A stretch of DNA of 64,000 nucleotides from Eubacteriales bacterium (GTDB lineage: Bacteria > Bacillota > Clostridia > Oscillospirales > CAG-272). The stretch's first letter is position 1. Every line of letters starts with the position of its first letter. Shown piece after piece: positions 56,734-64,000 of this stretch. A model generated the notes under the pieces. That model saw nothing but the letters and a program-made list of their open reading frames with translations, made no database searches and was not told where the DNA came from. The position numbers and the translations under genes are program-made. The DNA is taken from contig JAZNYH010000079.1 in assembly GCA_045594305.1 (NCBI GenBank), positions 171 through 64,170 of the forward strand, given 5' to 3'.

Positions 56734-58338
56734 ATGCAAAATATTGAATTAAGCCTTATTTATCCAAATAATGAGGCACTTTTAAGAAATGAAAGTGGAG
56801 AGGATCGTGCTAACATTTCGGATCAAACCTTAGAGGAGCTTGAGCTTTATACGCTTTTGGATTTGAAATCAAGCTTTTTGACAGACTTTTTCACGGTTGA
56901 TGAAAATGTTATAAAGTATCGCCAAAGCGTTTTTGCTGATGTTATAGAAAATCCTGAGCTTTGTGATGTTTTACTTAGAGTTAGCCCTATTTTGTCTGAT
57001 ATAGCGGAAATTCGCCGTATGTCACACGATACAGAGCCATCTGAGGGATATTTATATAGCATTACTGAGGCTGAGCTTTATGTTTCGGCGATGGAGCTTT
57101 TGTCGAATGGACTCTATCATATGATTGATAATTTCAAAAGCGAGGCTCTTATCACATTTGCCACAAGAATAAAGGAGCTGACACAGAGCGATTATTATAT
57201 TGATTTGAACACTAAGCTTAAAGAGCTTACATCTCGTGTAAGAGAGGTAAAAAGCGTTACAATCGGTGTAAATCTTGACTCTAAGCTTCGCCCTGATACT
57301 GCAGGAGTATTGAGCGTAAATAACGAAAGATTTAAATCTGGCGATCTTATAGAAAAAATACTTCGTCTTGACTTTAAAAACAATGAATATACCTGTATTT
57401 CAAGCCTTGTGCCATTTAAAAAGGGACAAAGCGAGAATCAGCAAATCGCCCTAACAAATGCGTTCAATTCAGCCTTGAATAATGTATTTAAGTCATCTAT
57501 GCGTTCTTGGAGAAAGGCTGTTCAAGGATATGTTCTTGAAAATGCTGATTTTTTAATCAAGCTTCTTCCTGAAATTGAGTTTATTGTAAAGGGCGCAGAG
57601 CTTATAAAGGCTCTTGAAGAAACGGGAAATGATTTGTGCTTCCCAAAAATACTTCCAATGGCTGAAAAGCGTTTTAGTGCAAAGGGGCTTTATAATCCCG
57701 TTGTAGCGTCCAAAACTAATGAGAAGCTCGTTGAGAACGACTTTGATTTTGATGAAAAGGGCACATTTTATGTTCTTTCTGGTCCTAATAGAGGTGGAAA
57801 ATCTGTTATTACATGTGCAGTTGGCTTGACATTTGCACTTGCTCAGCTCGGACTTATGGTTCCAGCAACATCTGCACAGTTAAGTCCTGTTGATGCTATA
57901 TTCACTCATTTTCCAACTGGATCCGAGGATACAATTGACAAGGGAAGGCTTGGTGAGGAATGTGCTCGACTTGATGATATTTTTGGCAGTGTTACTGAAA
58001 ATAGCCTTGTTTTGCTTGATGAAACACTATCTTCAACTGGCTCTTTTGAGGGCTCATACATTGCTGCCGAGGTTCTTTCAGGCTTTTCAATGGTTCGTTG
58101 CCGTGGAATATTCTCAACTCACCTTCACGAGCTTACAGCTATGCTCGATGAGATAAACGAAAGGTGCATCGAGAACGGTGGCGTTTGCATTGATACACTT
58201 GTTGCAGGAATTGAGGACGGGCAGAGAAGCTTTAAAATTGTTCGTGCTAAGCCTGATGGCAAGAGCTACGCAAAGGATATAGCTGCAAAGTACGGAATAT
58301 CTCTTGAACACATACTCAAACGAATAAATAAAAAATAA
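56734..58338 (+). CDS. MutS-related ATPase (core + domain V only)
   Basis: Walker A SGPNRGGKSV, LVLLDETLSSTG (Walker B), STHLHEL; no mismatch-binding or Smr domain. Confidence 0.75.
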   Translation: MQNIELSLIYPNNEALLRNESGEDRANISDQTLEELELYTLLDLKSSFLTDFFTVDENVIKYRQSVFADVIENPELCDVLLRVSPILSDIAEIRRMSHDTEPSEGYLYSITEAELYVSAMELLSNGLYHMIDNFKSEALITFATRIKELTQSDYYIDLNTKLKELTSRVREVKSVTIGVNLDSKLRPDTAGVLSVNNERFKSGDLIEKILRLDFKNNEYTCISSLVPFKKGQSENQQIALTNAFNSALNNVFKSSMRSWRKAVQGYVLENADFLIKLLPEIEFIVKGAELIKALEETGNDLCFPKILPMAEKRFSAKGLYNPVVASKTNEKLVENDFDFDEKGTFYVLSGPNRGGKSVITCAVGLTFALAQLGLMVPATSAQLSPVDAIFTHFPTGSEDTIDKGRLGEECARLDDIFGSVTENSLVLLDETLSSTGSFEGSYIAAEVLSGFSMVRCRGIFSTHLHELTAMLDEINERCIENGGVCIDTLVAGIEDGQRSFKIVRAKPDGKSYAKDIAAKYGISLEHILKRINKK

Positions 58339-58361
58339 TTTAAAAAAATTGAATTTTACTA

Positions 58362-58390
58362 TTGCAATTCTAAAAATACTGTGTTATAAT
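58362..58390 (+). promoter_or_regulatory. Sigma-A promoter of rpmB
   Basis: TTGCAA-17nt-TATAAT with TGt. Confidence 0.6.
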
Positions 58391-58444
58391 ATCAATCGTG
58401 AAATTTTGTAGGTATATTTTTATACTTTAATGGAGGTGTAAGAA

Positions 58445-58633
58445 ATGGCTAAGTGTGCTATCTGCGGAAAGGGCGTTACATTCGGACACAATGTATCACA
58501 CTCAAACCGTAAAACAAACAGAGTTTGGAAACCAAACATTAGAAGAGTAAAGGCTGTTGTTAATGGCTCAAACAAGACTGTTAATGTATGCTCTCGTTGC
58601 CTTCGTTCAGGCAAGGTTGCTCGTGCAATCTAA
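58445..58633 (+). CDS. rpmB: 50S ribosomal protein L28
   Basis: MAKCAICGKGVTFGHNVSHSNRKTNRVWKPNI. Confidence 0.97.
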   Translation: MAKCAICGKGVTFGHNVSHSNRKTNRVWKPNIRRVKAVVNGSNKTVNVCSRCLRSGKVARAI

Positions 58634-58647
58634 GTTTTGTGAAATTT

Positions 58648-58674
58648 AAAGACCGTCTTTGGCGGTCTTTTTTT
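58648..58674 (+). terminator. rpmB terminator
   Basis: AAAGACCG-tctttgg-CGGTCTTTTTTT. Confidence 0.75.
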
Positions 58675-58695
58675 CAACCCTAAAAGGAGAATACT

Positions 58696-59385
58696 ATGAA
58701 AAAAGCCTTTATAAGTGTTAATGCAATTAATTCCTTGATCTCATCGCCCGTTGATTGGATACCCTTGAAGCCATATGACAAGCTCGATTTGCCTGTTAAT
58801 AGTCATGCTGATATGCTTATTTTTATAATAGGAAGAAAAATTTTCTGCTATGAGGAATATTTTGAGCAAAACAAGTCGATTTTTGAGGGCCTTGAAGACT
58901 ATGAAATTGTAAAAATAGCAAAGAAGTGCGGAGCAAAATATCCAGATGATATTGCGTTAAACGCATTGGTTTTAGACAAGCTAATCATCGCTTCCTTAAA
59001 GCACACATCCTCCGAAATTTTGGAATATGCAAAGGGGGCAGGGTATAAGCTTATAAATGTAAATCAAGGATATAGTGCGTGCTCGACATTGGTTTTAAAT
59101 AAGGACACAATAATAACAGCGGACAAGGGAATATACGATGCAGTTATTGCAGAGGGAAAGGATGCGTTGCTGATTTCGGCAGGCGGCATTTTAATCGACC
59201 AATATTCTTATGGCTTTATAGGTGGAGCATCCTTTGTAATTGATGATACTGTTTACTTTTTTGGTGATATATCTAAGCATCAGGATTATGAAAAAATTAA
59301 GGGCAAAATTGACTCACTTGGAATGAAAATATCTTCAATTATGTTGGGGAATGTGTTTGATTTTGGGGGTATTAGACTCCTATAA
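58696..59385 (+). CDS. Hypothetical protein
   Basis: ORF with AAGGAGA SD; no family recognised with confidence. Confidence 0.55.
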   Translation: MKKAFISVNAINSLISSPVDWIPLKPYDKLDLPVNSHADMLIFIIGRKIFCYEEYFEQNKSIFEGLEDYEIVKIAKKCGAKYPDDIALNALVLDKLIIASLKHTSSEILEYAKGAGYKLINVNQGYSACSTLVLNKDTIITADKGIYDAVIAEGKDALLISAGGILIDQYSYGFIGGASFVIDDTVYFFGDISKHQDYEKIKGKIDSLGMKISSIMLGNVFDFGGIRLL

Positions 59386-59562
59386 TGGCGTTAAAAATTA
59401 ATAAAAATCGCTGATTTTTCGAAAATTGGCGATTTTTTTGCGTTTTTGAATGAAATATTGCAAAAAAATATTGGCAAACTATAATTTTTATGTTATACTT
59501 ATTATAAATAATGAATTTACCTACGCAGAGGCGTGTTTTTATATATCTTTTTAGGAGGATTT

Positions 59563-60423
59563 ATGGCAGTATTGAATTATTTTTCACACATGCTTAGGCA
59601 TTTCACAATGATCACATTCTTTGACATTGTTGATATGATATGCTTGGCGTTTGTTTTGTTTATAGCTTATCAATTTATCAAGGAAAGAAGAGCCGGAAAG
59701 CTTGCAATAGGTGTTTGCTTGCTGTTTGCATTTATGGTGATTTGCGAGCTTCTTAATTTGCGCTCAATGCAATTCTTGCTTTCTCACTTCTTCGACTTTG
59801 GAATAGTAGTTCTTGTTGTTATATTCCAGCCTGAGCTTCGTTCAGCACTTGAAAAACTTGGTGGAAATTCAATCAAGGGTGTTAAGAGTATTGGTGAGGC
59901 GAAGAACTCAACTCAAACTATTGATATGATTGATACAATTTCCAATGCAGTATTTGATCTTGCAAAGACTAAAACAGGCGCAATCATTGTCTTTGAGAGA
60001 AACACAAAGCTTGGTGATTTTATACTTAGTGGAACTATACTTAATGCACAGGTTAGTACATTCCTTTTGAGAAACATATTCTTTAACAAGGCACCACTTC
60101 ACGATGGAGCAGTTATCATAAGAGATAACAGAATTTATTGTGCTGGATGCTTGCTTCCTTTGTCAACAAATCCAGATCTTATTAAGGATCTTGGAACAAG
60201 ACACCGTGCAGCAATTGGTGTTAGTGAGAATAGCGACTGCGTAGCAGTTGTTGTTTCAGAGGAAACAGGAATTGTTTCTATTGCTAACGAGGGACACATT
60301 TATAGAAACTTTACCAGGGCGACCATGAAAAAGAAGCTTCAAGAGTACTTGCTTCAAGATAAATCCTCACAAAAGGGTAAGCATGGCGCAAAGATCAAGA
60401 TGATCCAAAAGGGCAGAAAATAA
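59563..60423 (+). CDS. cdaA: Diadenylate cyclase CdaA
   Basis: 3 TM helices plus DAC domain (GAIIVFER, PLHDGAVII, GTRHRAAIG); GGAGGA SD before ATG 59563. Confidence 0.92.
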   Translation: MAVLNYFSHMLRHFTMITFFDIVDMICLAFVLFIAYQFIKERRAGKLAIGVCLLFAFMVICELLNLRSMQFLLSHFFDFGIVVLVVIFQPELRSALEKLGGNSIKGVKSIGEAKNSTQTIDMIDTISNAVFDLAKTKTGAIIVFERNTKLGDFILSGTILNAQVSTFLLRNIFFNKAPLHDGAVIIRDNRIYCAGCLLPLSTNPDLIKDLGTRHRAAIGVSENSDCVAVVVSEETGIVSIANEGHIYRNFTRATMKKKLQEYLLQDKSSQKGKHGAKIKMIQKGRK

Positions 60424-60432
60424 GGAGAATTT

Positions 60433-60855
60433 ATGGATAGATTTTCTAAAACTACCGAGATTGACACTGCGGAAATCGCCGCAGCGACAATGGAAGATGA
60501 TACTCCTAAAAAGAGTAAGGCTTCCAATATAATAGCACTCGTAATATGTATTCTAATAGCTATCCTTGTATGGGTTTTCGTTATGGAAACTGACACAAGC
60601 CTTGTTGAAAAGCAGTACAGGGATGTTTATGTGTATGCAACCGTAGCTGACACAGAGGCGTTTGATACCATGAGTATTATCGTTAAAAGCTCAAGAAGAA
60701 ATCTTATCGATTTAAAAAGCGAGGATTTTAAGGTTGTTGCAGTAGGCGAAGGCGTTTACAAGGTTTATTTGACTGGCGAAAGGTGCAATGAATTTGCATT
60801 ACAAAGTCAAACTACTACCACCGATGGAATAGTTGTAACGGTGATAGGAAAATGA
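60433..60855 (+). CDS. Short CdaR/YbbR-like membrane protein
   Basis: Single TM then about 80 aa beta-rich domain, in the position normally held by cdaR. Confidence 0.45.
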   Translation: MDRFSKTTEIDTAEIAAATMEDDTPKKSKASNIIALVICILIAILVWVFVMETDTSLVEKQYRDVYVYATVADTEAFDTMSIIVKSSRRNLIDLKSEDFKVVAVGEGVYKVYLTGERCNEFALQSQTTTTDGIVVTVIGK

Positions 60856-62426
60856 AAATTCTTGTAGAGCAAATAAAAACATCGCTTAATTCTGCAGATG
60901 AGGATATATATAACTTAGCAAGGGTGCGCATACAAAAAACGCGTGCCTTTTCGCTTATTGGTGAAATGTATATTCACAAGCGTTCAATTGATGCAAGACA
61001 AAGGGATGATATAAAATTCGTTTCAACTGTTTGTGCCGAGGTTGAATTTGGCAGTAAAGGAGTAGATGAGGAGTTCTTAAAAAGACACTCTATAAAGCTA
61101 CTTAAAGAGGTGGAGCTTGATATCTCCTTGAAGGGAAATATGCCTGTTAATCCACCACTCGTGGTAGGCTTTGGTCCTGCGGGAATGTTTTGTGCATTAG
61201 TGCTTGCACGAGCAGGCCTAAAACCAATCGTAATAGAGCGTGGAGCAGATGTCGATACCAGAGTAGAGAAAGTAAATAGCTTTTATTCATCAAGGGTTCT
61301 TGATGTTGATACTAACATTCAGTTTGGTGCTGGTGGAGCAGGAACATTTTCTGATGGAAAGCTTACTACAAGAATAAATGATCCTAAATGCTCGTTTGTT
61401 CTTTCTACACTTTGCGAGCACGGTGCTCCCAAGGAGATAAAATATTTGGCAAAGCCACATATTGGAACTGACCTTTTAAGAGAGGTTGTAAAAAGCATTG
61501 ATGCTGAAATTAGACGCCTTGGTGGAAAAATTCTATATAACACCAAGCTTTTGTCGTTCGATAAATTCAAGGCACAGACTACAACAGGTGAAATAGCATA
61601 TTCTTCAATTGTCCTTGCACTTGGTCATAGTGCAAGAGATACATATGCATATCTTTTGGATAAGGGATTTGCCATAGAGGCAAAGCCATTTTCTGTCGGT
61701 GTTAGAGTTGAGCATCTTCAAGCGGACATAAATGAGGCTATGTATGGCAAATACGCAGGCGATCCACGCCTTGGTGCTGCCGACTATAATGTTTCTCTTC
61801 GCAAGGATGATAGAGGTGTTTATTCCTTCTGTATGTGTCCTGGCGGAGAGGTTGTATGTGCATCAAGCGAGGAAAATGCCGTTGTTGTAAACGGAATGAG
61901 TCGCCACGCAAGAGATGGAAAGAATGCCAATTCTGCTATTGCAGTACAGGTGAATAGAGAGGATTATGGCTCTGATCCAAGAAGGGCAATTGAGTTTCAA
62001 AGAAATTTGGAGCGTACTGCCTTTGTGGTGGCAGGCTCTAATTATAATGCTCCTGTTCAAACCTTAGGGGATTTCTATAATCAAACTGCAAAGGCTGAGC
62101 CGAAAAGAATAGTTCCATCTTATATGAATTCGAGCGTAAGCGTTTGCGATATGAATAAAATACTGCCTAAATTTGTTTGTGACTATTTAAAAATAGGCTT
62201 TGAAAGCTTTGGAAGAAGAATAAGTGGCTTTAATGCAAAGGATGTTCCTATTACAGGAGTAGAAACAAGAACATCAGCGCCACTTAGAATACTTAGAAAT
62301 GAAAATTATACTGCCTTTGCTCACAATGAGGTATATCCGTGTGGTGAGGGTGCAGGCTACGCTGGCGGAATTATGAGCGCTGCGGTTGATGGTATCAATG
62401 TTGCGTTGGCGATTTTGAATAAATAG
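60852..62426 (+). CDS. FAD-dependent oxidoreductase (COG2509-like)
   Basis: VVGFGPAGMFCAL dinucleotide motif, KRSIDAR N-domain, GEGAGYAGGI C-terminus. Confidence 0.75.
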   Translation: MKILVEQIKTSLNSADEDIYNLARVRIQKTRAFSLIGEMYIHKRSIDARQRDDIKFVSTVCAEVEFGSKGVDEEFLKRHSIKLLKEVELDISLKGNMPVNPPLVVGFGPAGMFCALVLARAGLKPIVIERGADVDTRVEKVNSFYSSRVLDVDTNIQFGAGGAGTFSDGKLTTRINDPKCSFVLSTLCEHGAPKEIKYLAKPHIGTDLLREVVKSIDAEIRRLGGKILYNTKLLSFDKFKAQTTTGEIAYSSIVLALGHSARDTYAYLLDKGFAIEAKPFSVGVRVEHLQADINEAMYGKYAGDPRLGAADYNVSLRKDDRGVYSFCMCPGGEVVCASSEENAVVVNGMSRHARDGKNANSAIAVQVNREDYGSDPRRAIEFQRNLERTAFVVAGSNYNAPVQTLGDFYNQTAKAEPKRIVPSYMNSSVSVCDMNKILPKFVCDYLKIGFESFGRRISGFNAKDVPITGVETRTSAPLRILRNENYTAFAHNEVYPCGEGAGYAGGIMSAAVDGINVALAILNK

Positions 62427-62436
62427 TAGGGAAAAT

Positions 62437-64000
62437 ATGATTAGTAGAGAAAAAAAGAGATGGGAAATTAAAGCAAGCACCATTGAAAAAACGCTTGTTC
62501 AAGAAATAGCATCTTCTTTGAATATAAATGAGGTCTTATCTACGCTTATTGTAAGCAGAGGATATACAACGCCTCAGGCAGCTCGTGATTTTATTTCAAA
62601 AAACAGCGAGGTAATGCACGATCCCTTTTTGCTAAACGATATAGAGGTTGGAGCAAAAAGAGTGCTTGATGCCATAAAAAACAAGGAGAAAATTTCTATT
62701 TACGGAGATTATGATGTTGACGGTGTAACATCTGTTACCATTTTATATCAATATCTTGAGGCTCTCGGTGCGAATGTTGAATATTATATTCCAACTCGTA
62801 GTGAGGGTTATGGAATGTCTGTTGGAGCAGTTAAAATGCTTCACGAGAACGGAACAAATCTTATAATTACTGTTGATACAGGCGTTACTGCTGTTGAAGA
62901 GATTCAATTTGCGACAGAGCTTGGAATGGATGTTGTAATAACTGATCACCACGAATGTAGAGGTGAGCTCCCTAAGGCTATTGCAGTAATAAATCCTAAA
63001 AGACCTGATTCAACATATCCTTTCCCGCATTTAGCGGGAGTAGGCGTTGCCTTTAAGTTCCTTTGTGCAATTGAGTTCTTGTATAGCGGAGACAATATGA
63101 TTGATTGCATTAGAAGAATTGCAATGTCATATTCTGCCTTTGTGGCAATTGGAACAATTGCTGATGTGATGCCCGTAAGTGATGAAAACAGATTGATTGT
63201 TTATTTAGGTCTTAACATGATTGAGGAAACTCAAAATGTTGGTCTAAAAGCCCTTGTGGAGCTTTGTACAACAAACGAAACAAGATCAAAGAACAAATCT
63301 AAAAAGAAAATCTCATCATCTCTTGTGAGCTTTGCAATAGCACCTCGTATAAATGCGGCGGGAAGAATTAGCGATGCATCAATTGCAGTAGAGCTCTTTT
63401 TGACAAATAATGAGGAGTTTGCTTATGAGCAGGCTAAAAGGCTTTGCGATATAAACAAGGATAGACAGCACGAGGGAAGCAAAATTGCAGAGGATGCACA
63501 CGCTTCCATTAAAGAAAAGGGATATGATAAGCATAGTGTAATCATTCTTGAAAGTGATATTTGGCATCACGGTATTATTGGTATTGTTGCGTCAAGAATA
63601 TTGGAAAAATATTCCTTGCCTGTAATGCTAATTTCCTTTGAGGGAGAAGAAAATACAGGTAGTGGCGAGGACCTTGGTAAGGGCTCTGGAAGAAGCGTAC
63701 CTGGTATGAATCTTGTTGACGCTCTTTCATATTGCGATGATTTATTAGAGCGATTTGGTGGTCACGAGCTTGCGGCAGGACTTACTATTAAGCGTAAAAA
63801 TGTCGATGCATTACGAAAAAGAATGAACGAATACGCAGAAAAGTGCTTTGAAAAGACCAGCCCACAAAATCTTGTGGAGATTGATTGCTTATTGACTCCT
63901 GCACAAATGAATATGAAGCTTGCAACGGAGCTTGAAATGCTTGAACCCTTTGGAACATCAAATCCTTTGCCGATTTTTGCAACTGAGGATATGATAATCG
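62437..64000 (+). CDS. recJ: Single-stranded-DNA-specific exonuclease RecJ (3' end off window)
   Basis: Not in ORF track. My translation gives MISREKKRWEIK.., DHH motifs IYGDYDVDGVTS, DTG and ITDHH. Confidence 0.88.
   Translation, partial: MISREKKRWEIKASTIEKTLVQEIASSLNINEVLSTLIVSRGYTTPQAARDFISKNSEVMHDPFLLNDIEVGAKRVLDAIKNKEKISIYGDYDVDGVTSVTILYQYLEALGANVEYYIPTRSEGYGMSVGAVKMLHENGTNLIITVDTGVTAVEEIQFATELGMDVVITDHHECRGELPKAIAVINPKRPDSTYPFPHLAGVGVAFKFLCAIEFLYSGDNMIDCIRRIAMSYSAFVAIGTIADVMPVSDENRLIVYLGLNMIEETQNVGLKALVELCTTNETRSKNKSKKKISSSLVSFAIAPRINAAGRISDASIAVELFLTNNEEFAYEQAKRLCDINKDRQHEGSKIAEDAHASIKEKGYDKHSVIILESDIWHHGIIGIVASRILEKYSLPVMLISFEGEENTGSGEDLGKGSGRSVPGMNLVDALSYCDDLLERFGGHELAAGLTIKRKNVDALRKRMNEYAEKCFEKTSPQNLVEIDCLLTPAQMNMKLATELEMLEPFGTSNPLPIFATEDMII

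Overview
AT-rich chromosomal segment of a spore-forming, low-GC Firmicute (Clostridia-like: ytfJ, dpaAB, an SLH protein, and lon-engB and scpAB synteny). I call about 62 protein genes (two run off the window edges), one tRNA (anticodon CAT, Ile2-like), a long Bacillus-type SRP RNA and a TPP riboswitch with a terminator, plus many near-consensus sigma-A promoters and Rho-independent terminators. I found no CRISPR array, rRNA, IS element, integrase or prophage. Most of the window is ordinary housekeeping: lon, engB, scpAB, rqcH, rlmB, recR, ybaB, dnaX, eno, guaB, ispE, polA, trmB, dpaAB, trmL, secA, rpmB, cdaA, recJ. No classical defence or mobile system is visible. The best candidates for undescribed biology are: (1) a full-length P1B-type ATPase homologue with every catalytic motif ablated, packed in one operon with rlmB and a split B12/radical-SAM pair; (2) two family-less polytopic membrane proteins translationally coupled to an insertion-bearing secA; (3) the 475-nt non-coding stretch after the tRNA, where the tRNA 3' end occurs three times, each copy with its own terminator, alongside a GC-rich CUUG-hairpin element and heptad-repeat arrays; (4) a VTC-like/DUF4956 pair; (5) an orphan MutS-like ATPase. 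All family names come from my own reading of motifs, not from searches.
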